Part shown: positions 1 through 11,029 of the stretch, piece after piece | Position numbering within the stretch: position 1 is the first letter of the stretch | Layout of the letters: each line of letters opens with the position of its first letter | Origin: Octopus sinensis | Taxonomy: Eukaryota | DNA: 64,000 bases | Assembly: GCF_006345805.1 (NCBI RefSeq) | Contig: NW_021832869.1 | Location: 59,111 to 123,110, forward strand | Reading direction: 5' to 3' | Notes under the pieces: generated by a model | The model's database searches: none | Seen by the model: only the letters and a program-made list of their open reading frames with translations | What the model was told of the DNA's origin: nothing | Position numbers and translations under genes: made by a program

Positions 1-1243
1 GAGTTGTGTTACGATTGACGGGGCAAAGAATATGGCTGGTTTTAAAAAGGGTCTAGTTGGGCAAATAACTAATAAATTGGAGGAATTACATATTTCAAAC
101 ACTTTGTTCATTCATTGCATCCTTCATCAGCACGCACTATGTGCGAAGGCTCTTAATATTTCATGTGTGTTGAATCCAGTTATTCGCATAATAAACTTTG
201 TTCGAGGGAGCTCACTTAATCACCGTCAGTTTAAAGTTTTACTTGACGATTTTGGATCTGAATATTTTGACTTACCATATTACACTGCAGTTAGATGGCT
301 TAGCTGTGATAATGTATTAAATAGATTTTATAAACTCCGAAGTGAGATTGATATTTTTCTAACCAGTAAAAATAACTATTATCCCGAATTATCAGATCTT
401 GCTTGGCTATCAAAATTATCATTTTTGGTTGATGTTACAACTCACATGAATGAGCTAAATCTGAAATTACAAGGAAAGGAAAACTTAATTTGTGATTTCT
501 ACAGGATAATTAAAGCATTTCGACAAAAATTGATGTTATTCGAGTCACAACTTGGAGTACGTCAGTTTTCACACTTTTCTTGTTTTAAAAGTTTTTGTGA
601 GGCAAACTGTAATGAGATCGACATTACTTTCCAAATTGGAATTATCAAAGAATTAAAACATCATTTTTTACATAAGTTTTCTGAACTTGACAAAATTGAA
701 AGCGATATAATTTTGTTCGAAAATCCATTTTCTTGTAATGTTGAAAATGTTCAACATGAATTACAATTAGAAGTTATTGACTTACAATCAAATGAACAGC
801 TCAAAGATTGTCACAGACGGACCAAACTCGCTGAGTTCTACGAATATCTCAAGGATGATGAGTTTCCGAGACTAAAGAATTTTGCGATAAAGATGATTTC
901 TATATTTGGCACAACTTACCAATGTGAGCAAACGTTTTCGAGGATGAAATATGTTAAGTCTGCCCATCGTGCAAGATTGACTGACGGACACTTAAAATCA
1001 ATTCTCATGATAGGATGCAGCAATTTAAAACCAAATATTGATGAACTTATCAAAAAAAGATCACAGTTCCATAGCTCTCATTAAAATTTTTGTTTACTTT
1101 ATTTTTGTTTAAATTAGTTTTTATTGTAAAAAACACACTTATGAATTTCTAGTAAAATTATAATCCTATGCACGTGCTCCGGCCCGCGTTCATTGTGTTG
1201 GGGTCAATCCGGCCCGCGAGTGCAAAAAGTTTGGTGACCCCTG
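1..1243 (+). mobile_element. hAT (Charlie/SPIN-like) DNA transposon, right end; left end outside window
   Basis: Ends in ...AAGTTTGGTGACCCCTG (reverse complement CAGGGGTCACCAAAC, a hAT-type terminus) at 1243; subterminal CCGGCCCGCG repeats at about 1179 and 1209. Confidence 0.85.
32..1084 (+). CDS. hAT transposase, C-terminal part (GTF2IRD2/ZBED-like)
   Basis: Open 350-aa frame with HCILHQHALC, VRWLS, FGTTYQCEQTFSRMK dimerisation-domain motifs; begins upstream of window. Confidence 0.9.
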   Translation: MAGFKKGLVGQITNKLEELHISNTLFIHCILHQHALCAKALNISCVLNPVIRIINFVRGSSLNHRQFKVLLDDFGSEYFDLPYYTAVRWLSCDNVLNRFYKLRSEIDIFLTSKNNYYPELSDLAWLSKLSFLVDVTTHMNELNLKLQGKENLICDFYRIIKAFRQKLMLFESQLGVRQFSHFSCFKSFCEANCNEIDITFQIGIIKELKHHFLHKFSELDKIESDIILFENPFSCNVENVQHELQLEVIDLQSNEQLKDCHRRTKLAEFYEYLKDDEFPRLKNFAIKMISIFGTTYQCEQTFSRMKYVKSAHRARLTDGHLKSILMIGCSNLKPNIDELIKKRSQFHSSH

Positions 1244-1499
1244 CCTTAATCTAATGCACCACCGAAAGGATAAGGGTACCCCCTTATGAATATACTTTTG
1301 TAAAGATTTTGTCCTTGCATGAAAAGAATTCAGTGGCAATAAATTTTGTTGAACGTAATAGGAGCGAGGAAAATATGTTGAGCTCAATCCTTAATCACTC
1401 GGAAGACTCCAATATTAATTAGTCTATCTAATAAATTCTAAATAAGTCATGAGCCATTTTTAAACAAAAAACGTGAAAAGAACATAAAAAGTGTTAAAG

Positions 1500-1975
1500 G
1501 TTCTTCAAAGGAGAATTAATCATGGAGGCTTCCTTCGATGATAAATTATTTAAAAACAAACCAATTTGGATTTTAAAAACCCATCAATAAGAATTCTGTT
1601 AATTTCTTTACTTCCCATAGACTCGTTTTGTTGTTCAACCATATTCTTGTTTATTTTGACATATGAAAGAAGCTGATTCATATCTTCTTTGATCTCTTTG
1701 CTTTTCAAACCATTCTCAGATTATAGGAAATTCACTAAACCTTAGGCTTTTGATCAACAAATGAGTATTTCATAACCAGTGATGAATGGTAGTCAACGAG
1801 TTTCGAGATGCATGCTTCAAAAGCTTTCGGATAATTCATTTTCATCTAAAAATCAACAAATTAGAACAACCTTTGAAACCAGTGCCTGCTTCTCTTGCTT
1901 CTCTTGTGCTGACAACTGATCCCATAGCATCTTGACATTCTGCATACCTTTAGATGCGTTTTCCGTGAAAAATAA
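1500..1975 (-). pseudogene. Unidentified host gene fragment with tiny introns
   Basis: Frames join across putative 25-nt (GTTGTTCTAATTTGTTGATTTTTAG) and 26-nt introns: ...EKQALVSK|MKMNYPKAFEACISKLVDY...; no family recognised. Confidence 0.4.
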
Positions 1976-2152
1976 AGTAAAAGAGGAACTATAATATTTT
2001 ATTATGTTTTTTTTCGATGAAAGTTTTTTTTCCCAAAAAATAATAACGTTAATTCTTGGATTGAGAAGACGAGCGAATAGACAGGCAGTTTCGCGCAATA
2101 TCGCGAGCAAAATTCGCTGAAAAAGCCAGTTTTTGAGGCATTAAAAAACTAC

Positions 2153-2370
2153 TTATTATTATTATTTAAGCCAAACAAAATCACCGTCTTAACCATTAAC
2201 TAACACGTTCAGGTGATTCCGACATTTCTCAACAGTCGAGCCATGTTTTCACGATGTTCCGACCGTGACCCCACACACTTTCTGTATGTACGGTGAAAGG
2301 TTTGTGGTCCATTTCCGCGATCCCCCCCCCATTTGCCTCTACGAGAGACTCCAGTGTTCTATGGACAATT
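2153..2370 (-). mobile_element. 5'-truncated LINE family A, 3' end with (TAA)n tail
   Basis: Reverse complement of 37220-37446 at roughly 90% identity. Confidence 0.85.
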
Positions 2371-2374
2371 AAAA

Positions 2375-2909
2375 TCTTAATAATAAAATGGTATGGTGTG
2401 TGTCTGTCTGTCTGTGTGTCTGTCTGTCTGTGTGTGCACACCAACTTCAAATTCATTTTAACCAAAATGCAGAAAATTTTTTTTTAATTTTTTTTGGGGG
2501 GAAGGTTTTAAGGACTTCATCATGTAAGTCGAGGACATTGTAGTTGTTCATTTTAACCAAAATGCAGAAAATTTTTTTTTAATTTTTTTTGGGGGGAAGG
2601 TTTTAAGGACTTCATCATGTAAGTCGAGGACATTGTAGTTGTTCATTTTAACCAAAATGCAGAAAATTTTTTTTTAATTTTTTTGGGGGGAAGGTTTTAA
2701 GGACTTCATCATGTAAGTCGAGGACATTGTAGTTGTTCATTTTAACCAAAATGCAGAAAATTTTTTTTTAATTTTTTTGGGGGGAAGGTTTTAAGGACCT
2801 CATCATGTAAGTCGAGGACATCGTATTGCCAATTTGAAGTTGGTGTGCACACACAGACAGACAGACACACAGACAGACAGACACACACCATACCATTTTA
2901 TTATTAAGA
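2375..2909. repeat. 79-bp perfect inverted repeat (2375-2453 / 2831-2909) enclosing an inverted ~95-bp tandem array (~4 units, 2454-2825)
   Basis: Both arms are Helitron 5' ends with identical microsatellite pattern; array units restart at 2454, 2549, 2644, 2738. Confidence 0.95.
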
Positions 2910-3057
2910 TGATGAACTCCCAATTATTCGCGATAAAGAAATTCAATTCATCCTATGTTTTTCTCTTTAAAATTAATTGCATATATCATTATCGACCATG
3001 AATCAAAATTAAAGCTATTATCATATTTGACTTTGACAGAATGTGCAATCACAGATT

Positions 3058-3306
3058 GCACGACTTTGAATAGAGTGTGCAATTAACAGATTTTGAAAAA
3101 CCACTTTGATAGTTGAAACCACATTAGCACAATCATTAACACAATTTACCACCAATTGACGCACGACCTTGAATAGAGTGTGCAATTAACAGATTTTGAA
3201 AAACACTTTGATAGTTGAAACCACATTAGCACAATCATTAACACAATTTACCACCAATTGACGCACGACCTTGAATAGAGTGTGCAATTAACAGATTTTT
3301 AAAAAC
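3058..3306 (+). repeat. ~102-bp tandem repeat x3 within Helitron 1; third unit continues at 6687-6743 after the CRE insertion
   Basis: GCACGAC(C/T)TTGAATAGAGTGTGC... restarts at 3058, 3161, 3263. Confidence 0.9.
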
Positions 3307-6300
3307 ATAATCCATTGTTGCTTCCCTTTCTCTTTTTTGTTTTTCTTTTCCTCTTTCTCTTTCTTTCTATCTCACCAATAATCCATTTATTGCTAATTCT
3401 AATTTTCCATATCTATGTCTGTCTGTTCTGTTTGCAATATCCGTAATAATCGGAAAAAGACCATCCGTTGTGACCGTTGTTATGCCTTTTTCCATTTATC
3501 CTGCATCAAGCTTTCTAAGAAATCTGCCTCTTCCCTTTCCCGATGGGTTTGCTCTGCTTGCTCTTCTTTCCCCCCGTCATATTTCGCTCCTGCCATCTGT
3601 ACCGGGTCCTCTGATTTTACTAATCCTATCCCTTCGCCGGACCCCTTCCTGCTTAATCCAGAGTCTGTCTTAAGACTCGCTCGTGATTACCGGGCGTCCT
3701 ATCGTATTCTATAAGAATTCCTCGTTCTGCCCGTTTTTCCGCGGCGAAGGCTCTGTCTGCTTTGATCGAGTCAGTCATTTGTGTTCAGTCCATTCCGAAT
3801 TGGAACCGTTTGTTTTGCTTTGCCATATTTGCCCTGGGCTCCCCAGTTCAAGGCTTGGGCTCGGTAAAATCCCTTTCCTCTTCCATCAAGGAAAATATTA
3901 ATAAGTTCATGGAGGATTCCTTCATTCTGCCTCCTCTTCTGGGCAAGTCCCATGAACCAACTACTCTTAAAGATAATCGTATTCGTTTACGCAAACGTGT
4001 CAATTCCTGCCTTATGGCGCATGATGTCGGCTCTGCGGTCCGTATTCTTTCGTCTTCCGATTCCGTCCGTTCGATAACCCCGGATGTCCTCAAAATTCTC
4101 AGCGCCAAGCACCCGGCTGGCGATGTCCCTGCCTTTTGTGCCCGGACCCCTGAGGAGGTCTCGATCGCCTCTTCATCTGTCCAACAACTTTTGTTTGCTT
4201 TGAAATCTTTCAGGGGGAACAGTAGTGGTGGTGTTGACGGTCTCCGTCCCATTCACTTAATGGACCTCATCTCCAATACTGCTGAGGCTGGAAACCGTCT
4301 TTCTCAATCCATTGCCAAGCTTTGTAACCTATTTCTCCGTGGGGACATATCCGAGCATGCCAGACTGCTCTTCTTCTCTGCGAACCTGTCTGCTTTGGGG
4401 AAGAAAGACGGCGGCATCAGACCTATTGCCGTCGGGAACGTTTTTCGTCGCTTGTTTGCAAAGGTCGGATGCAAGCTTGTAATTCCTTCTATTAGCGACG
4501 AACTCCAGCCCATTCAGTTGGGTGTGGGGGTACCTGGTGGGTGCGAGGCCTCGGTCCACGCTGCCCGGTGTTTCATTGAATCGGCTCGTCTCTCAGAGCG
4601 GCCCCAGTTATTATTAAAATTGGATGTGAAGAACGCTTTCAATTCGCTCAATAGAAAGCATCTTCTTGAGGTTTGCAAGGCCAGAATTCCTTCTCTGCTG
4701 CCCTTCATTTTTCTTTCTTATGGTAACCCGACCCTCTTGGTTGCTGGCGATTCTTTCATTTCGTCTTCCTGTGGCGTACAGCAAGGCGATCCTTTGGGTC
4801 CTTTATTATTTGCCCTCTCGGTGGACTTTGTCGCCCGCAGGATTGCGTCCCCTCTTAATATTTGGTATTTGGACGACTGTACTATTGGTGGTCCGCCCGA
4901 CATTTTGCTAAACGACTTGCAATCTCTACTCCCGGCGTTGTCATCTATTGGTCTTGAAATCAATTCTCTAAAATCTGAAATCGTTAATCTTAACGTCGAA
5001 GACCTCACCTTCGAAGTCCTTTTTGCCCAGTTTCGTGGCCTCTTGCCCGATCTGAGGCAGACCTCTTATTCTGAACTTGAAATCCTGGGTGCCCCGATCC
5101 ACCACCAATCGGTCTCTCGTATTCTCGATTCCAAGAGAAATGCTCTTGCTTCTCTTTGTGATAAACTTGTGGACATCGATCCCCATCCCGCTTTTTTTAT
5201 CCTCAAAAACTTTCTTTTGATTCCGAGGATCAATTATGTCCTAAGGAGTTCCTGTTGCTTTTCTGTTCCCTCTGCTTTGGAGTCTTTTGACGCTCTGGTG
5301 CGTTCTTCAGCCGAGATTATTTTTAACGTCAAGTTCGATGATGTCGGTTGGCGTCAGGCCAAACTTCCTGTTCCTTTTGGTGGGCTTGGGCTCCGCTCGG
5401 CTCTCGACATTTCTCTTCCCGCTTTCCTTTCATCGTCTTCAGGATTGTATCTTCTTGTCCATAAGATTCTTGAAAAATCGCCCGGATCTCGTTTGGACTC
5501 TGATATTAATTCTGCACTTTTGCTTTGGAAGGAAAAAGGGCTTGAGTTCCCTTCTGATAGGGCCCTCCAACGTGAATGGGATAAAATTCTTAGTAAGCAT
5601 CATGCGGACTCGTGGAGGCTCTCCTGAACCAGCACAGACTGGCTTGTTACCGTGCCAGCCGCCAACCGCATTCTGGCTCTTGGCTTAACTGCCTTCCTTC
5701 GACCCATTTGGACACCTGTCTTGACTCCGACGCCCTCCGTTTTGGCATTTGCCTCCGCCTCGGACTTCCGATCTGTAGTCCCCACCCCTGCCGGTGCGGA
5801 TCTACTATGGACGTATACGGGCTCCATGCCCTCTCCTGCAAGAAAAGCGCGGGTCGTATTCCACGCCATTCGGCGATTAACAGAATCATTCTCGACTCAC
5901 TCGAAAAGGCCGGCTACCCTTCTGTCCTTGAGCCTAAGGGTCTCGACCGTGGTGACGGGGAAAGGCCGGACGGCTCTACGTTGTTCTCGTTTTATTCTGG
6001 GAGACCTTTGGTCTGGGATTCCACTTGTGTGGATACCTTCTCAAAGTCTTTCATCAACGAATCGGCCTCTCTTGCTGGGTCTCGTGCTAATAAGGCTGAG
6101 CTTTCGAAGTGCCGGAAATATCAGTCTTTGATGGATGACTTTTGGTTTTGGCCAATCGTTGTCGAGACTTCCGGCGTCTTTGGCTCCGGGACCCTCACTT
6201 CCCTAAAGAAACTGGGACATCTTTGTTCTTCGCGGTCCAAGGACCCTTGGGAATTTACTTTCCTCATTCAGAGGATCCTGCTGGCTGTCATGCGTGGCAA

Positions 6301-6686
6301 CAGCTGTTCCCTCCGTCTCGCTGGGAGAATTTATTAGTTTGTTGACTTTACTTAGTAGTTTGACCCTAACATGCTTATCAATTAAACTGTTCAAAATACA
6401 AGACCACATTGTCAATACGAACAGGTTCTGTTTTGGCTACTTCGAGTATAAGTCTCAAAACATCTACCTTATCTGACCAATATACTTGGAAATGTCAGAA
6501 TCAAAACTGTTCGCGGTCCAAGGACCCTAGGGAATTTACTTTCCTCATTCAGAGGATCCTGCTGGCTGTCATGCGTGGCAACAGCTGTTCCCTCCGTCTC
6601 GCTGGGAGAATTTATTAGTTTGTTGACTTTACTTAGTAGTTTGACCCTATTAACATAATTGTGCTGTCAAAAAAAAAAAAAAAAAA
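3307..6686 (+). mobile_element. Near full-length CRE-clade non-LTR retrotransposon (family 1): PHD finger + RT + CCHC knuckle + restriction-like endonuclease, poly(A)18
   Basis: ORF pieces 3415-3714 (C4HC3 PHD), 3762-5627 (GVQQGDPLGPLLF, YLDD), 5612-6337 (CRCG..HALSC, RH, RPDG..WD, QRILLAVMRGN); two 1-nt frameshifts near 3712 and 5612; poly(A) 6669-6686. Confidence 0.9.
6373..6507 (+). mobile_element. Merlin/IS1595-like transposase fragment between duplicated CRE 3' ends
   Basis: Translates CSKYKTTLSIRTGSVLATSSISLKTSTLSDQYTW, resembling the C..C..SIR.GS.F..S.L.L....Y.W N-terminal motif; 6508-6668 repeats the CRE 3' end. Confidence 0.55.
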
Positions 6687-7138
6687 CTTTGATAGTTGAA
6701 ACCACATTAGCACAAGCATTAACACAATTTACCACCAATTGACAGCGCAATCAGAAGAATTTGCGTAAAAATATTAACTATTTACTTGAGTTTTTCGTAA
6801 AGATAGAATTTATTTTCGGTATGCCTCTTTTCCTAAACTTTTTTATTATTCAAAAATAATTTTTTAAATAGATAACCGAAGGAGGAAAAACGAAGCTGAA
6901 GAAAAAACGGTCAGCTTAATAAGGTAATTAATTAAATCTTTTTTGTGTGTCGCTTTTTTGTGTGTCGCTTTCTTGCCTGCCGCATCTCTGCCTGCCGCAT
7001 TTCCGCCTGCCGCATCTCCCCCTGCCCCATTTCCGCCAGTAAAAAACAAAAAAATAAAAAAAGAAAAAAAAGGAAATTACAAAGGAAAAATGAAAAAATT
7101 AAATATAAAAAAAAATAAACCACAAAAAATGAAAAAAA

Positions 7139-7327
7139 AGTTTGCAATGACAATAAACAAGGCCCAGGGACAGTCATTAAAGGTAGTTGGGTTATTTTTA
7201 GAGTGAGTGCTTTTCACATGGACAGCTGTATGTGGGATGCTCGAGGGTAGGCAGAAGAGAAAATTTATTCATATATGCCAAGGAAGGACGGACGACAAAC
7301 ATCGTTTATCAACAGGCGATAGAATAG
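7139..7327 (+). pseudogene. Helitron RepHel PIF1 helicase C-terminal remnant
   Basis: [37 protein letters not shown]. Confidence 0.85.
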
Positions 7328-8589
7328 GGTTACATTAAACCAGGTAGTTTTATACATCTACATAAACTTATAGTTGTTTAATGAAACAGGTCCTCCGCAG
7401 GAGCTAGGTCGCGGTGAGCGAAGCGAGCTGCCGAGCTAGTAAAAAATAAATACATAACCTAAAAAAGTTTTTTATTTAATTTTAATGATACCAATCTAGA
7501 AATATAACATTTACATGAATGTCGAGGTACTATCTTCATTTTATTTTGACTTTCACTTCAAAGTTATTTTGGAATGACTCCTCTAGCCGAACAGGGAGAC
7601 CGATCTCAGATTTTCACAATTGTCTATATTTACATGAATTATTGAGGAAAGATATCGAGATAATTAGTAAATATGTTAGAAGTACTTTTTTAATGCACGT
7701 CTACAATTAATAACATTAAACACTTTACACAAGTGATATTAGCAACTTGAGAAGTATTTTGAAATTTTTTTTACCTGGAATTAGCGAGATTTAGTGCCGT
7801 GTTGACTAAACAATACCAAAGACTGCATGTGACTTACCTAATAAATATAAAAGTGATGCAACATTGAATTTGCTGAACTATTCGGGATTACTTGAAGTAT
7901 ATACCATCCTAGCATGCAGTTTGCCTTCCAGTATATGAGAGAATACGGAATAAAGTCTATTTACCCTGTTACATTCAATTGATTTCTCTTTAAAGAAAAG
8001 ATAAGCCAATGGACATTTCCATTTACGACACTTTGTTCGAAATTGTCATAATTTAATTCAATTATACAAGCATACCGCAACAGTATTGAAAATGAAACTA
8101 CAGTCATACAAACAGAATGAATTTTAATAAATTTTCTTTGTTTTTGATAAATTATGTTTTAGGTATGATATCAAGTCCGTAGAATATCTGGCCTTCGTTT
8201 ATTTCTACAGCTGGTACGTCTAATTTTGATATAAAAGACTCTACGTGCTATTTACGCAGATATGCCTAAGTATTCCAAGACCAAAAATAAGAAAAACGAA
8301 TAACTGTGAAAAATAAATATTCGGAATATACGGACTATTCGGGAATCAAAATCGATCCAACTAATGAAATAACAATGTCTGTACTACAAGAGTTAATGGC
8401 TCCCAGAGATCCGAACAGAAGCAATTTATTCAGGTCTTTATATTTATAACATGAAACTAGATTTCAAGATGACGATACAGATTCATCTGCTAAAAGTTTT
8501 TTAATTTGCTGTAATTTAGAACCTAAAGATCCACCAGTATTCAGTGTGGACTGGTTATTAAATAAATAACGATTCTTTTTTCCTATGGT

Positions 8590-8990
8590 TTCTATATTTT
8601 TCTAATGCATCGTTGTATTGTAGCAATACACCGAATATTCCTTCGACAATACCCTACAAAATAATGTATTCTATAAGATAACCTGTGATCTAGGGTTATT
8701 AGGTCTGCCGTGGATATGTTGAATTTTGAACTCGCAAAGAACCCGAATGTCAATATTTTTGAATTCTGTCCCATTCTCGGATTGTAGAATCTGACAGGGA
8801 CCATTCAGATAAAATAGAAACTCAAGATTTTTTAAAACCTCGACTCCTAACTTATTCATTAGTGGCCTAGCAAAAGCAAAACTATGACAATTATAATCAT
8901 AAAACCGACTATAGACGTCAATAACGGATAAAATCCATGTTCCCCATGTCACATATTAGAATCAGACAAAGACACATTAAAATATTCAAG
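8590..8990 (-). mobile_element. Degenerate rve integrase remnant (KRBA2/SCAND3/Ginger-like)
   Basis: WILSVIDVYSRF, GPCQILQSENGTEFKN, GRPNNPRSQ; related copy at 54975-55300. Confidence 0.7.
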
Positions 8991-9604
8991 TTTTGTGCAA
9001 AGAAAAGACCTTGGTCTAAGAAATAAGTTTAAAATATTTAAATAAAATATTTTTGTTCCAAATGAAGTTAATTAAGTTCGAAAGTCAATTGTTTTTTAGC
9101 CACATAACAAGTAGCATAATCTAAAAAAAACTACGAAAAATTGCTTTATAAAATTCTGATAATACTACTTGGATGATGATAAATTATTGAAAAATGTCAA
9201 TGAATTTAAATTGAAAACGGATTCTGCAATTTATATAAAGCTCATTGGCATGTTTCAACAACATGTTCTAATCGTGGCATGCTCTAATGCTGTACAAATA
9301 TTTGTAACGATTGAAACTTTAAAATTATATGTTGAATAATTTCGGAATTAAAGCTTGTTTTCAATGAATGAATTTAGGGCTATCTAACTTTATTTATAAA
9401 ATCGTAAGGAAATGCGGGATGCTTAATAAGTGGATCAGGTTCATTTACTATAACCAATGCCTAAGCTATTGGTAGATTAAAAGTTGAGCGTTAGGAAAGT
9501 TGTGAATCGATATTTGAGGCTATATAAGAAATAGCTTAGAAAACAGCCTAGCCTTCTATCCGATTGACATTCTCTCTCAGATTCTGAGTAAATGTGAGTA
9601 GATT

Positions 9605-10990
9605 ATGGTAGATATGATTATTGTCACCGTCACCGAGATCTCACTGAGTGAGGCGAGTCGTGGACAGCATTTTGTGTTTTACAACAAAGGTAGATCTCCT
9701 CAGATATTTGCAGGGACTACAGTTGACCGAATAGATTTCTTTTCCCACAAACTGAGTGGCTGTATTACTGACAGTTGGCGTGGTTCCAATCCCAAAATTC
9801 AACTGGGAATTGATGCTTCGGCCGAGTTGGGGAGAATTCAGTTCAATTAGTCCTACAGGAATGAAAGATGGAAAAGTCTCATGTGGATTTATAAAGATGA
9901 GGGTATCCACCTGCGCTCATTTCAGTACAATTTGTCCTCTGGCAATGGATGGTTGGAAATGTCCTCGATACTCCTGGCCATTTATAACTGCCTCCTCGCA
10001 TGGCTTTCGACGTCTCTCCACATTTTGGGTGATTCTTATTGCGTTAGGCTAATCATGAAAATTGTCGAGTATATTGCCAACTCACAAACTGTAATGTCGC
10101 CCATTTATTCAGATTGAGCCTCGCAAGACGTCTCGACAACAGCCACCTACGTCAGCTCAAAAGTTAAAGTCCGTGGTGGTCGTGGATCCCCGGATTACTC
10201 GATTATGTCATATTGGAAAACTCCTGGTAAATTTGGTTATGTCGTACTCCGTTCGAGTTTTTTTTATATCTTTAGGTCGATCAGAATAAAAATGATTTCG
10301 ACGAAGGCTCGGTGGATCGGGTGTTTGGTTTAGACAGGCAGAGAAATATCAAATTCTTCGCCATGGATAATTCCACGGTCATTTCTGTCGTCCAACAAAC
10401 CACAACAGGTTTCTTTCTTTAAATAATCCCAGATTTTGTTTTTTGCATAGTCCAAACGCCCTTCACCAGAAAATTATATAAAATTGCAATTCCGTGTCCT
10501 CGACTCCTCGAAACGTACAAAACCAGGACTTGCTGTTTTGCAAAATTGCCAGTGTCTTCGAACTATCCAAACCTGCCTGTTTTGGTAGCCACTCGGGAGA
10601 ATAACCTGGAATGGTATTCGAGAAATAATACGTGCAGTTAAAGTGAGCATTCCCGCCATGCTCGAAGTGGCAGCCAAAGCCAAGTCGCTTGCAATTTCTC
10701 AATTGGTGATACTCAGGTCAAATTTGGAGAACAGAGTGGCGGCAAACACAGTTTCGGATATTAGTCCCAAGAAAGTGGAGGATGAGTGTCGATGGAAAGT
10801 GTTTTCGTTCCTGTTCGGGGACTAATCACTATTTCTATTCCGACTCGTGTACTCTTGTCGAATTTGGGATTGATATCTCATGACTGTATTCAGGTATTTC
10901 TCCCTGTTTACTGTAGAGCGGGAAAGGGTCATCCAGCGAAGCGTTTTTTTACCTCGACTCGTCGAGAAGTGATTTTTTCCAAGAACTAAA
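9605..10990 (+). pseudogene. Unidentified intron-containing host gene with frameshifts
   Basis: Two 24-nt GT-AG introns (GTAGATCTCCTCAGATATTTGCAG near 9690; GTTTCTTTCTTTAAATAATCCCAG near 10409) join coding-like frames; family not recognised. Confidence 0.45.
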
Positions 10991-11029
10991 AATGTTGGAT
11001 TTGTTGCCATCTAAGTTTTACAACACTGC

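Larger units (their letters stand above)
2375..7439 (+). mobile_element. Non-autonomous Helitron 1 (contains nested CRE retrotransposon)
   Basis: A|TCTTAATAATAAAATGG start, (GTCT/GT)n microsatellite, PIF1 C-terminal remnant, GC hairpin GAGCGAAGCGAGC then CTAG|T at 7436-7440; same family as 49072-51285. Confidence 0.9.

Noticed and set aside
3058-3306. 102-bp repeat as spliced-leader RNA array (classic CRE target)
   Set aside because: No AG|GT leader boundary or convincing Sm site; repeat is internal to a Helitron.
7041-7138. A-rich filler replacing about 520 bp present in Helitron 2
   Set aside because: Low complexity; cannot distinguish repair filler from base-calling artefact.
6864-7206. 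ORFs with EMRQA / GGNAA / FPPAA repeats
   Set aside because: Translations of 15-18-bp non-coding repeats plus an A-rich tract inside Helitron 1; open on both strands.
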